From: a virus
DNA length: 64,000 nucleotides
Reading direction: 5' to 3' (one strand)
IMG/VR virus record: IMGVR_UViG_3300028827_000091
Span: 4,106 to 68,105 of that record
The notes beneath the pieces are model-generated. The model was not told where the DNA came from and searched no databases. It saw only the letters and a program-made list of their open reading frames with translations. Shown piece after piece: positions 54,242 through 63,702 of the stretch. The stretch's first letter is position 1. Every line of letters begins with the position of its first letter. A program made the position numbers and the translations under genes.

Positions 54242-55528
54242 ATGGTAATGCGGTTCACGCAGTTTCATCGCTTAAAATATTCTAACGAAGAAAGTTCTAC
54301 GCTTTCCGAAGGAGGCGCATTCGGACACCTTTCGCATCCTTTTGACATTGAAGAATTTACTTTCGCTGATTTGAAATCTATCATAGAAAAGTCTTTGTCT
54401 GGAGAACTCGAGTGGTCGAGAGAAAAAACTGATGGTGTTAATTTGCTCGTTTCTTGGAAAGACGGAAGACTCATTGCAGCAAGGAATCGTGGTCATCTCA
54501 AGAATTTTGGTGAAAAAGCTCTTGACAAATCTGGAGTTGCATCTATGTTTTCGGGAAGGGGCACTGTTCAAACAGCCTTCGTAGAGGCAATGAATGACCT
54601 TGAACAGGCAATTGAAAAACTTTCTGAAAAGAACAAAGAAAAAATCTTCAAGAACGGCAAAAAATTTATGTCAATTGAAGTTCTTTATTCGGATAATCCA
54701 AATGTGATTCAATATGGATTTGACGAAATAAGATTTCACGGAACGCTCGAATATGATGAAACTGGCACACCTCAAAGCCAATTAAATAAGCAAGATGGAA
54801 TTACACTTGCCGAAATGCTTAAAAAGATTCGTGCTAATAAACAAAGAACATTCGACATTAAAGCAATTGAGAAAATTCGCTTGAAAAGGTTGCCAGATTA
54901 TGATAACCTACGCAAGAAATTTGTTGCTGAACTTGTAAAAATAATGAAAGAATACAAAATGACGTGGAGCAGCACAATAAAAGATTATGTGGAGGCATAT
55001 TGGCTGAATTATATTGAATCTTTGGAGAAAAAATACAAAGTCAATCTTGACAAAGAAACAAGACAGGTGTTGCTTAACAGATGGGCACACTCTATTAAGA
55101 CTCCTAATATCAAGCAAATTTTGAAGATGCTTCCAAATGATAGAATTGCAAAGGCAGTTGCTGATTTTGACAAGAAACAATACAAGAATGAATATAAGAA
55201 AATGCAATTGAAATTTGAAATTCTATTCTTGCGGGTTGGTGTTGAAGTTCTCAAAGGACTAGATACTATGATGGCTGTCAACCCAGATAAAACATTAGAG
55301 AAAATGAAGAAGGATTTTCATTCAGCAGTTGAAAAGATTGGTAACTCCAAAAACCCAGATGCAATTTCAAAATTGCGACACGAATTAGAAAGAATTAACA
55401 AAATTGGTGGAATTGAACATCTCGTTCCAGCGGAAGGAATAACATTCTTCTACAAAGGTGAGCTTCTCAAATTGACGGGATTGTTTGCTCCAATCAATCA
55501 AATTACTAATTTACTTTGGAAATTATAG
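54242..55528 (+). CDS. Ligase-like nucleotidyltransferase (conserved in T4-like phages), putative internal protein
   Basis: GHLSHPFD, EKTDG (KxDG motif I), AEGITF, LKL. Confidence 0.6.
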   Translation: MVMRFTQFHRLKYSNEESSTLSEGGAFGHLSHPFDIEEFTFADLKSIIEKSLSGELEWSREKTDGVNLLVSWKDGRLIAARNRGHLKNFGEKALDKSGVASMFSGRGTVQTAFVEAMNDLEQAIEKLSEKNKEKIFKNGKKFMSIEVLYSDNPNVIQYGFDEIRFHGTLEYDETGTPQSQLNKQDGITLAEMLKKIRANKQRTFDIKAIEKIRLKRLPDYDNLRKKFVAELVKIMKEYKMTWSSTIKDYVEAYWLNYIESLEKKYKVNLDKETRQVLLNRWAHSIKTPNIKQILKMLPNDRIAKAVADFDKKQYKNEYKKMQLKFEILFLRVGVEVLKGLDTMMAVNPDKTLEKMKKDFHSAVEKIGNSKNPDAISKLRHELERINKIGGIEHLVPAEGITFFYKGELLKLTGLFAPINQITNLLWKL

Positions 55529-55541
55529 AAGGAAGGTCAAA

Positions 55542-55859
55542 ATGAAAAGTTTTGAAGAATATCTAAAAGAAAATGATGCTGTTCAATCATTGACGAGTGC
55601 TCTATTTCTAAATTTACGTCGTCGACTCAAATCTGGTTGGCACATTCAAAAAGTTTCTACTGCGGTGGCAATGAAGGACTCGGGGCCTGGAGTCGAAGAA
55701 GAAGCAAAGAAAGCAGTCTCAAACATTGTGAAAAATCGTGGCGGAGTTGTCAAATGGAAAAAGGCGAAACTTGGTGATGGAGATACCATTGAAGTTGATG
55801 GAGCACACATTTATGTTTTCGACAATGGTGATGTTGTTAAAATTGCAGTTGGGCCGTAG
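55542..55859 (+). CDS. Putative internal head protein
   Basis: MKSFEEYLKE, CTS-like N-terminus. Confidence 0.6.
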   Translation: MKSFEEYLKENDAVQSLTSALFLNLRRRLKSGWHIQKVSTAVAMKDSGPGVEEEAKKAVSNIVKNRGGVVKWKKAKLGDGDTIEVDGAHIYVFDNGDVVKIAVGP

Positions 55860-55866
55860 CCTAAAT

Positions 55867-55874
55867 CATAAATA
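55867..55874 (+). promoter_or_regulatory. Late promoter CATAAATA
   Basis: Recurrent late octamer. Confidence 0.6.
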
Positions 55875-55892
55875 ATGTAATGGAGAAACGAT

Positions 55893-56582
55893 ATGCCGAC
55901 AGCTTATATTAAATCACTCGCCGACAAAGGAAAAGGAACTGTTGCTGAACTCGAGAAGAAATGGGAGAAGGCAAAGGCACTTGCAAAGAAACAATATCCT
56001 GATGTGAGTCCTGACAGCGACCGTTATTATGCTATTGTTATGGGAATCTTCAAGAAAATGGCTGGTGTCAACGAAATGATTTCATTCAATGAATATGTTG
56101 ATATTCTTCAAGAAGATAAGAATTCTTATCTAGAATCCCTCGCAAAGCAGATTCAGAAGAAGTTCAAAGGAACAAAGGTTACCGTTGGAAAGAAAAATAG
56201 ATTTGGTTTATCTGTTCTGAGTGTTGTTTTTGACACAGAAATTGACGCAAAGAAACACGGTGCCGCAATCAAAAAATTTATGGAAGACAACAACCTATCA
56301 CCACAAATGGGTCTAAATAAAGGTCTTCCGGTGAAGTCGACTTCTACTATCAATGGAGTGAAAACAGTCACTTGGACACTTGATGGATTTCAGAAGAAGC
56401 CTATCAAAGAAGGAAAGATGAAAGAAGTCGCGTTGCTAATGACAGATTTTGAAAGCAAGTATCGAAAAAAGCTTCCATCTTGGGATACCAAAAAAATCAA
56501 AAAAATGTTAGCTGATTTTGGAAAAGAACAAGGATATTCTGCAGACATCATAAAATTTGCACAGAGCCAGCTCGGCAGCTAA
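55893..56582 (+). CDS. Multi-domain late protein with ChaB-like N-terminus
   Basis: EKKWEKAK...YYAIVMGIFKKM; internal MISFNEYV..LQE. Confidence 0.55.
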   Translation: MPTAYIKSLADKGKGTVAELEKKWEKAKALAKKQYPDVSPDSDRYYAIVMGIFKKMAGVNEMISFNEYVDILQEDKNSYLESLAKQIQKKFKGTKVTVGKKNRFGLSVLSVVFDTEIDAKKHGAAIKKFMEDNNLSPQMGLNKGLPVKSTSTINGVKTVTWTLDGFQKKPIKEGKMKEVALLMTDFESKYRKKLPSWDTKKIKKMLADFGKEQGYSADIIKFAQSQLGS

Positions 56583-56595
56583 GGAGATTTCCTCT

Positions 56596-56805
56596 ATGAG
56601 TAAGAAAAGCAAAAAAACACAAAATTCTATTAAAATCGATGAAGAATTAAATGTGTTCAATAATGACGTTTGGCTAGGGTCGATTGCAGAGACAGATTCA
56701 GGATATGAATTTCGCCACGATGTCACTATACTCGATATCGATTCTCGATTAATCGCAGATAGTATTTCTGACCTAGAAGAAAAAATCAAGAAACTGAAAT
56801 TATAG
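56596..56805 (+). CDS. Hypothetical protein
   Basis: SD AAGGAG before MSKKSK. Confidence 0.5.
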   Translation: MSKKSKKTQNSIKIDEELNVFNNDVWLGSIAETDSGYEFRHDVTILDIDSRLIADSISDLEEKIKKLKL

Positions 56806-56811
56806 ATAATT

Positions 56812-58086
56812 ATGAATCTATCTGAAGAAAATCTTCTTCACGAAGGCGTATTCGAAATTTTAATTTCTTATCTGAAAAGCCGACGCGTCAAATCTGAACT
56901 TCGAAAAGAAGTTGCTTCACGTTTGGCGCAGCTTTCTGTAGACTTTGCGAAAAATCCTGGTGGTGCAGCAGTAGATGCTTTCAGAGACGATATCGAAAAG
57001 ATTGTGAAGAAATATTCACTGAAAATAAATCCTTCTATTATCTATAGAATAATTCAAAGTGTTCAAAATAAACATAGAACACAAAAAAATACAAAAACTG
57101 TCACCACTACGTTTCCTAGAATGGTGCCTCATCCTATGAAATTAGAGTCACTGATTTCTTTCAAGAAATTCATTGGTCGAGATGAAGAAGAATATCTTGA
57201 CGAAAGACTTATTCAGCTTAACAATGGAGCAAAATATAATCAAATTGTGATTGCCGCCGGCGGCGCAGGCTCCGGAAAAGGTTTTGCTCTAAAGAACTTC
57301 GTTGATTCTTTTTCATACAAAGTTCGAGATGTAGATGAATGGAAAAGACTTTTCTTGAAGATAAATAGGGTGAAAGGAAAATATCCTGAAATTGCGGGCC
57401 TGAATTTGAAAAATCCGAAGGATGTTGCGCGTCTTCACGCCTTTGTTGATGAAAAAGGGATAAAAGATAAGACACTTCAATTGCTTGCTCGAAACATACC
57501 AAAGGACAGTAAACATAAACCTAATCTTTATTTCGACATCACAGGTAAAAGCGCAAAGAGTATCCAAGAGATTGTAAATTATGCAACATTGTTAGGGTAT
57601 GAGCCGAAAAATATTCATTTGCTCTGGATTTTAACCGACTATAAGGTTGCATTTGACAATAATCTTGGTCGTGACAGAGTTGTTCCAGAAGATATTTTTC
57701 TTGAGACGCATAGTGGCGCAGCTAAAACAATGTTCGATATTATTGGTGGTCAAGCATTACCGAATGGTTTGAATGGCGCAGTTTGGGTTATTCTTAACAA
57801 CAAAGAAAACACTGTCTATTGGAGACACGGCGATGGTAAATTGAAAGGACAACCAGAATTTTTTGGCGATAACAAAGCAAAGGATTTGGCTTATAATACA
57901 AAAGGAAATCTCACTGTCAAATCTTTTATGAGAATTCAGGCCAAGAAAGCAGGAAAACCTTTTGGTATGGGAGTTCTTGACTGGAAGAAACAGTTATATA
58001 ATTGGATTATTGCAAACATTCCGAGGTCTGGAACAAGTGAATTGATAATGAGAATTTTTAATAGAATAAAAGCTAAGAGTAGGTAA
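56812..58086 (+). CDS. P-loop kinase-like (AAA_33/zeta-like) late protein
   Basis: AGGAGSGKG, DVD, FDITG, NLGRDRVVP. Confidence 0.7.
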   Translation: MNLSEENLLHEGVFEILISYLKSRRVKSELRKEVASRLAQLSVDFAKNPGGAAVDAFRDDIEKIVKKYSLKINPSIIYRIIQSVQNKHRTQKNTKTVTTTFPRMVPHPMKLESLISFKKFIGRDEEEYLDERLIQLNNGAKYNQIVIAAGGAGSGKGFALKNFVDSFSYKVRDVDEWKRLFLKINRVKGKYPEIAGLNLKNPKDVARLHAFVDEKGIKDKTLQLLARNIPKDSKHKPNLYFDITGKSAKSIQEIVNYATLLGYEPKNIHLLWILTDYKVAFDNNLGRDRVVPEDIFLETHSGAAKTMFDIIGGQALPNGLNGAVWVILNNKENTVYWRHGDGKLKGQPEFFGDNKAKDLAYNTKGNLTVKSFMRIQAKKAGKPFGMGVLDWKKQLYNWIIANIPRSGTSELIMRIFNRIKAKSR

Positions 58087-58087
58087 T

Positions 58088-58384
58088 ATGTCACAATCGA
58101 AACTCGTAGATATCTATTTTGAAGCAGACGATTTCAATCCTGATAATCCGGCTATTTTGATTCGTGGATATGGTGTTCTTTCAATAGAAGGGTTACAAAA
58201 TGTTGTTTCGAAAAAGTTGGCAGAATTGGCAAAAGAGGTGAAAAGGGGAGATGTGAATAATCTTCGCTATTCATTAGAAACGACAAAAATGTTTCTTGCA
58301 CGAGCCTTACTTGATGCAGATGAACTTCTGAATAAACCACAAATAAAACGTAGATTGACATTGTTGAAAAGGAAGAAACGATGA
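58088..58384 (+). CDS. Hypothetical protein
   Basis: Tightly packed ORF. Confidence 0.55.
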   Translation: MSQSKLVDIYFEADDFNPDNPAILIRGYGVLSIEGLQNVVSKKLAELAKEVKRGDVNNLRYSLETTKMFLARALLDADELLNKPQIKRRLTLLKRKKR

Positions 58385-58638
58385 GAAGTTTTGAAGAATA
58401 TCTAGAAGAATCTTCGAAAGCAGAAAAAGAATTCGAAGAGCTTGTCAAAGCGCACGATATAACCTATGTCTATTCGTCAGGTCGAGCATATCGTGAAGGT
58501 GCTCAGGAATACAAAAGAATTCAAGATTTCATAAAGTCAGGAAAGATTTCGAAAGAAAAAGCAACAAAGATTTGGAACAAGTATGTTGACAAGAAAATTC
58601 GAGAAAAAAGTAGAAAAGAATATTATTGGGGAAAATAG
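58381..58638 (+). CDS. Putative internal head protein
   Basis: MRSFEEYLEE; HDITYVYS. Confidence 0.6.
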   Translation: MRSFEEYLEESSKAEKEFEELVKAHDITYVYSSGRAYREGAQEYKRIQDFIKSGKISKEKATKIWNKYVDKKIREKSRKEYYWGK

Positions 58639-59085
58639 TTGAGAACTTTTTGCCAATATCTTGAAGAATCAAAGAATGCTCAGGCAACACTTGCCAGATT
58701 ACGTGCTGAGAAAAAGAGAAAGGAAACAGAGATTTCGAAAGAGGAACTAGCAAGACTAGAAAAGGTTCTAGATGCTCTTTTCAAGCATTTGAATATCGAT
58801 ATCGAATTTACGCGCCACTTTTTTGAAAGAGTCAATGATGCAAGGAACAAGAAAAATATAACAATTGAAGAACTTAATCGAATTTTTCAAAAAGCTCACG
58901 AAAAATATGGTCTTTCTCTAATAAATAAGCCCAATAACTTCGAAGCAGTATTGAAAAGCGTTCTTTCAAAAATCAACATTCCTTTTGTATTAAGAATAAA
59001 TAAGAATGGTATCATAGAACTCATCGCAAAGACTGTGATGAGAAAGGCAAATTTTAAGACGCGCAATCCAGAGTTGAAGGTTTAG
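58639..59085 (+). CDS. Putative internal head protein
   Basis: MRTFCQYLEE; FTRHFFERVNDARN; NIPF; KTVMRK. Confidence 0.6.
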   Translation: MRTFCQYLEESKNAQATLARLRAEKKRKETEISKEELARLEKVLDALFKHLNIDIEFTRHFFERVNDARNKKNITIEELNRIFQKAHEKYGLSLINKPNNFEAVLKSVLSKINIPFVLRINKNGIIELIAKTVMRKANFKTRNPELKV

Positions 59086-59086
59086 A

Positions 59087-59692
59087 ATGGAATATTTAGA
59101 GACATTTTCTCTTTGGTATGAACATAATGTTGATGCACCACTTGATAAAATCGAAGAAGAATTCGACCCAATGTCTGTGCCTAAAAAGCGAACAAAGAAA
59201 GCTGAACTTTTTCTAGGAAGAATGCAGCCAGTTCATTTGGGTCATATAAAAATAATCAAGAAGATGAAGAATCCTATTGTTGTTTTGGTGAAAGGTGCGA
59301 AGAGTTCTCAAGATAAAACAAGAAATCCTTTGAACGCAGAAGACCAAATTCGTCTACTCAGAAAAGTAATTCCGAATTTGAAGATAATTGTTGTGAAAGT
59401 CGGATATCTTCCTGATATATTTTCTGACCTTCGTGAATCTGGAAATTATGAGATAACAACCGTCTATTCGGGCGCGGACAGAATCAACGCCTATAAGAAA
59501 CAAATTGATTCAATCAACAAGAAGTTGCCAAAAGATAGAAAGTTTGATGTGAAGTTCAAAGAAACAGAACGATTCACAAGTGCGACAAAAGTTCGAGAAC
59601 TGATTCGTTCAGGAAACGAAGAAGAGTTCAAGAAACTGATGCCGAAAGAGCTTCACAACGAATTCAAATTTCTACGCAAAAAGATATCGTAA
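59087..59692 (+). CDS. HxGH cytidylyltransferase-like protein
   Basis: GRMQPVHLGH, NPL, GADR, SATKVR. Confidence 0.8.
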   Translation: MEYLETFSLWYEHNVDAPLDKIEEEFDPMSVPKKRTKKAELFLGRMQPVHLGHIKIIKKMKNPIVVLVKGAKSSQDKTRNPLNAEDQIRLLRKVIPNLKIIVVKVGYLPDIFSDLRESGNYEITTVYSGADRINAYKKQIDSINKKLPKDRKFDVKFKETERFTSATKVRELIRSGNEEEFKKLMPKELHNEFKFLRKKIS

Positions 59693-59703
59693 ATTCTACA
59701 ATC

Positions 59704-60534
59704 CTACAGTGTGTAGAAATCATCTTCCATTCTAATCAACAATTTCTCCCAGTCTCTTTCACCACGATATTTTGCAAGTTTGTTGAGCCAGGTTCTGAAT
59801 CTGGTTCTTTTGATGCCTAAAGAAGCCAAATAATTTTCAAGAGGTGTGGTGTGGTCTGCGAGTGGCCCGCCGTTCTTATATGATTGACTTAACAGATTCC
59901 ACATTCTTCCTAAATCAGGCTGATTTGTTTTCTGCCCAAGAACTTTTTTGGCTCTTCCTTTTTTGATTTTCCATCCTTTCGGTGCATCACTTAATTTGTT
60001 TCCTAATGTCTTCATTCCATCTTGCGTGATGAAGACATATGTTTTCTTACCTGTGGAAGTTGGTTTTGAGAGAACAGTTGCTTCTCTCCCTCTTTCATCT
60101 GTTGCTGTTTTGACATCAGATGCTTCGGTGTATCCACGACTTTTATATGTGGCAAGGATAGTTTGGAATGCTGCTCTTGGTGTTGTGTTTTCTTTTATCC
60201 AGATTCCTTTCTGAGCATAGACAAATGTTCCGTCTGAGGCATTTCTGAAAAGGAAATCAGGATTTCCTGATTTGCGTGCCCAACGTCTGACTCCTTCTGC
60301 CCAATCATTTTTTGTGCCTAAGAATGTTGACCATCTTTGTTTCTTCTTCCTTCCCATTCTGATTTTTGCGAAGGTATCTGAATCACAGTTGAAATATGGT
60401 TTTCCCATAAAGACGCCGTCAGGGCAAGGAATTTTTGGCATTGGTGGGCTACCAATATTCTGACTTGCATCACTCGGAGAATGGCTTGCTAATGCTCCTC
60501 CAGTTGTGACCATTTCTTCAATATTTTTTGACAT
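59704..60534 (-). CDS. Late hypothetical protein
   Basis: Long ORF in minus-strand late operon. Confidence 0.65.
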   Translation of the reverse strand: MSKNIEEMVTTGGALASHSPSDASQNIGSPPMPKIPCPDGVFMGKPYFNCDSDTFAKIRMGRKKKQRWSTFLGTKNDWAEGVRRWARKSGNPDFLFRNASDGTFVYAQKGIWIKENTTPRAAFQTILATYKSRGYTEASDVKTATDERGREATVLSKPTSTGKKTYVFITQDGMKTLGNKLSDAPKGWKIKKGRAKKVLGQKTNQPDLGRMWNLLSQSYKNGGPLADHTTPLENYLASLGIKRTRFRTWLNKLAKYRGERDWEKLLIRMEDDFYTL

Positions 60535-60550
60535 TCTTTTTCTCCAGTTG

Positions 60551-61084
60551 TTATTCTAATTTTTCTAGTAGAGATGAAGGCATAAGTAATGTTTCTCGTG
60601 TTACGATATCCATCACTTCGAATATATTCTCGCCAAAAATTGTTTTTGTGGGCTTTTGTTCTTCTTTGACAACGTAGCAGCCTGATGTTACAATTAAATC
60701 TTCAAAAATAGATGAGTCAGATTTGTAGCGTCCAGGAGGTAACGTAGAACGTGACTCAGAAACCACTCCAGATTGCCCCACAAGCTCGCCTAACAGCGTT
60801 TCTGCATCTACGAGACCCTGAGCTTCCTTCAAAAGAAAAAGGGCGGCAGCGTAGCTTGTGAGCTTTGATTTTCCAAAAGGCAATTTTTCGAGAATTCGTT
60901 TCAAATTACGTGCAAGAATGTATATCAGCGACATTGCTTCTTTTTCTTCTGATGTTTTCGCCTGCTTGAGCTTTTTTCCATTCTTGTCAATCAATCCGAG
61001 TTTGTATGCGTCCCACTCTTCGAAAGGTGTGGACATTATACGAACAAATTTGTACGCTAGAAACAGTTCTATGGGATTAGGCAC
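60551..61084 (-). CDS. Conserved T4-like hypothetical protein
   Basis: YKFVRIMSTPFEEWDAYKLGLIDKNG, SYAAALFLLKE. Confidence 0.75.
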   Translation of the reverse strand: MPNPIELFLAYKFVRIMSTPFEEWDAYKLGLIDKNGKKLKQAKTSEEKEAMSLIYILARNLKRILEKLPFGKSKLTSYAAALFLLKEAQGLVDAETLLGELVGQSGVVSESRSTLPPGRYKSDSSIFEDLIVTSGCYVVKEEQKPTKTIFGENIFEVMDIVTRETLLMPSSLLEKLE

Positions 61085-61096
61085 GTACTTTCCTCT

Positions 61097-61477
61097 TTAC
61101 AATGCGTTTAATTTATTTATGATTTCGGTGTTGATGGGTATTTCTTTGATGTTGACTTCGGGTATATTATCTGGTAGAATATTTAGAAACAGGAGGAAAC
61201 TCTTAAGGTATGTGTGAGTGTGCTCTTCACAATAGAAAAACATCATTCTTGCGGCAGCAACGTTTCCAAAGATGTTGTCTAGAATGATAATATGATTCAA
61301 TAGCATTCTTATATTGACAGATTCATCTTTTCGTGCTAATCTTAGCAATAATCGTTTCACCGATGAGAAACGACGCAAATCTTCATTGAATTCATCAACC
61401 GATGAACATTGAGGATTATCATATTTTTTTGTTGCGTATATCAGAAAATTCTTGTCGGTAATTAAATCAAATTTCAT
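61097..61477 (-). CDS. Conserved T4-like hypothetical protein
   Basis: YDNPQC..EFNEDL, LLNHIIILDNIFG; start ATG 61477. Confidence 0.75.
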   Translation of the reverse strand: MKFDLITDKNFLIYATKKYDNPQCSSVDEFNEDLRRFSSVKRLLLRLARKDESVNIRMLLNHIIILDNIFGNVAAARMMFFYCEEHTHTYLKSFLLFLNILPDNIPEVNIKEIPINTEIINKLNAL

Positions 61478-61482
61478 ATAGG

Positions 61483-61490
61483 TATTTATG
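61483..61490 (-). promoter_or_regulatory. Late promoter CATAAATA on the minus strand (leaderless)
   Basis: Plus-strand TATTTATG, 5 nt from the start codon. Confidence 0.6.
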
Positions 61491-61507
61491 GGAAACTTAA
61501 TTATCAA

Positions 61508-62548
61508 ATGTCATTGCTTCTAGATACAAAATATTTGCATCTCATTTCTCCCAGGCTAGAACGGTTTAGAAAGACTGGAGATAACGCTTATAATTGTAGA
61601 TGTCCTATTTGTGGTGATAGTCAAAGAGACAAAAGAAAAACACGAGGCTATTTTCTCAAAAACAGAAAAATCGATGGGCTGTTTTTCTTCTGCCACAATT
61701 GCAATGCTTCAAAGTCTTTTAGGAACTTCTTGAAAGATTTTGATAGAATGTTGTTTCAGGAATATCAAAAAGAACTTCTTTCTAATGAAAAGCGCATAAC
61801 GTTTACGAAGAAGAAAAAAGAAGTCAAATATAAATTCGAAAATAAAAAGGCCAAATCTTTGGTTGATAACGAGAACTTCTTTCGTTTCCTTTTATCTTTT
61901 GATGAAATGCCAGAAAGCAAAAGACAATATTGGATTGACCGGCAAATCCCTAAGGACGCAAGAAGATACATTTATTATACACCAGCGTTTAAGGAATTCA
62001 CAAATCTTGCTCTAAAAAGAAAATATTTCACGGATGAACAATTGCGATTTGATTATCCGAGGTTCATCATTCCTTTCTTTGACGAAAACAGAAGGGTTTT
62101 TGGCTATCAAGGTAGAGAGCTTCCAGGAACAAAATCAGGTGCTAAATACATCACCATCAAATTTGATGATGATTATCCGAAAGCATTCGGATTAGATAGG
62201 ATTGATAGAACAAAACCAATCTTCATTGTCGAGGGTCCGATTGATTCGCTCTTTCTCAAAAATGCAATCGCAGCATCTGGAGGAGATTTGCTTTCTGTTG
62301 CTCTACGCATTCAACCAAAAAAAGAAATTTATATTTTCGACAACGAACCTCGCTCGAAAGAAACAACCGAAAAAATGAAAAAGGTGATTGAAGCAGGAAA
62401 ATCTATTGTGATATTTCCTTCTTCAATCAAAGAAAAAGATATAAATGATATGGTTATTTCTGGTGTCGATGTCCAAAAGGTGATAGACGAAAATATATAT
62501 GAAGGACTGGCAGCAAAAATAACAATGGCTAAATGGATAAAAATATGA
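61508..62548 (+). CDS. 61: DNA primase gp61
   Basis: NCRCPICGDS, FFCHNC, YQGR, VEGPIDSLF, FDNEPR, KDINDM. Confidence 0.95.
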   Translation: MSLLLDTKYLHLISPRLERFRKTGDNAYNCRCPICGDSQRDKRKTRGYFLKNRKIDGLFFFCHNCNASKSFRNFLKDFDRMLFQEYQKELLSNEKRITFTKKKKEVKYKFENKKAKSLVDNENFFRFLLSFDEMPESKRQYWIDRQIPKDARRYIYYTPAFKEFTNLALKRKYFTDEQLRFDYPRFIIPFFDENRRVFGYQGRELPGTKSGAKYITIKFDDDYPKAFGLDRIDRTKPIFIVEGPIDSLFLKNAIAASGGDLLSVALRIQPKKEIYIFDNEPRSKETTEKMKKVIEAGKSIVIFPSSIKEKDINDMVISGVDVQKVIDENIYEGLAAKITMAKWIKI

Positions 62549-63702
62549 AAAGGAAAAAGAATATGCTAGACGATTATCAAAATTACATTGCGCTATCACG
62601 CTATGCTCGCTGGAATGGAGAGAGAAGAGAAACGTTCACTGAAACAGTGGATAGATATATTCAATATTTCTTGGAGAAAGATTATCCCAACGGAAAATTG
62701 AATGAAGAAGACCGCAATTACATTGATTCCGTTGTTCGTTCTTATATCGAAGAATTGAAAACGATGCCTTCGATGCGCTGTCTTATGACTGCGGGCATTG
62801 CTCTAGAAAGAGATAACGTGGCAGCATTTAATTGTTCTTACAACAAAGCAGACTCGGTCACCTTCTTTGACCAGGCTCTCTATATTCTTTGTTGTGGTGT
62901 TGGATTTGGATTTTCTGTCGAACGTCAAGATATCGCAAACCTGCCCGAAGTTAAAATTGACGACATCAATCTCATCATTCTAAAGGAATATCTATCAGAT
63001 TCCGACCCAGAACTTTTGCCTTTGATTCAGTCAAATTCAGAATTGAGAGAGCTCTATGAAAACCACGAAAATTTCCCTGGTTGTCCTGAGGATGAAGTTG
63101 CTACATTTGATTCAAAGACAAACACAATTCTTGTTCCTGACTCGAAAATTGGATGGGCCTCTGCATTTCGAATTCTGATTGTGGAACTCTACAATTGCAA
63201 TTTTGATATTAAATGGGACACTTCAAAAATTCGTCCGGCAGGAGAACGACTGAAGACTTTTGGTGGTCGTGCATCTGGACCCGAACCACTAGAAAGCCTT
63301 TTTCGTTTCACTGTGGAGATGTTCAAGAATGCCGAAGGGAGAAAACTGACATCCATAGAATGTCACGATTTGATGTGCAAAATTGCTGAAATTGTGGTCG
63401 TAGGTGGAGTTAGGAGATGTTGTAAGTTTGATTATCTTATAAATACCGCAAATGGTTGGAAGCAGATATCTGATATAGCTGCTGGTGATGTAGTCTTGTT
63501 TAATGGTGAAGAAGTGACTGTATTAGAAAATTACGATAATGGCATACAAGAAGTTGTCGATATAGAAATGGAAGATGGCTCGACACACACCTGCACGCCA
63601 GAACATAGATGGTATGTTTACAATCACGATACGAACGAATGCGAATGGAGACAAGCAAATGAACTTGCGGACGGAGAATACTCGATGCTTGAGCCGAAAT
63701 GA
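62533..63702 (+). CDS. Ribonucleotide reductase (NrdJ/NrdA-like) N-terminal fragment fused to an N-intein; start may be 62545 or 62563
   Basis: SRYARW, MPSMR, FNCSY, GVGFGFSVE, GGRASGPEPL, VVVGGVRR then intein. Confidence 0.9.
   Translation: MDKNMKRKKNMLDDYQNYIALSRYARWNGERRETFTETVDRYIQYFLEKDYPNGKLNEEDRNYIDSVVRSYIEELKTMPSMRCLMTAGIALERDNVAAFNCSYNKADSVTFFDQALYILCCGVGFGFSVERQDIANLPEVKIDDINLIILKEYLSDSDPELLPLIQSNSELRELYENHENFPGCPEDEVATFDSKTNTILVPDSKIGWASAFRILIVELYNCNFDIKWDTSKIRPAGERLKTFGGRASGPEPLESLFRFTVEMFKNAEGRKLTSIECHDLMCKIAEIVVVGGVRRCCKFDYLINTANGWKQISDIAAGDVVLFNGEEVTVLENYDNGIQEVVDIEMEDGSTHTCTPEHRWYVYNHDTNECEWRQANELADGEYSMLEPK
63418..63699 (+). mobile_element. Split intein N-half (94 aa)
   Basis: Cys1 directly after GGVRR; G..I.DI..GD; block B TCTPEH; stop at 63700-63702 with no C-terminal HN. 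Confidence 0.8.
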
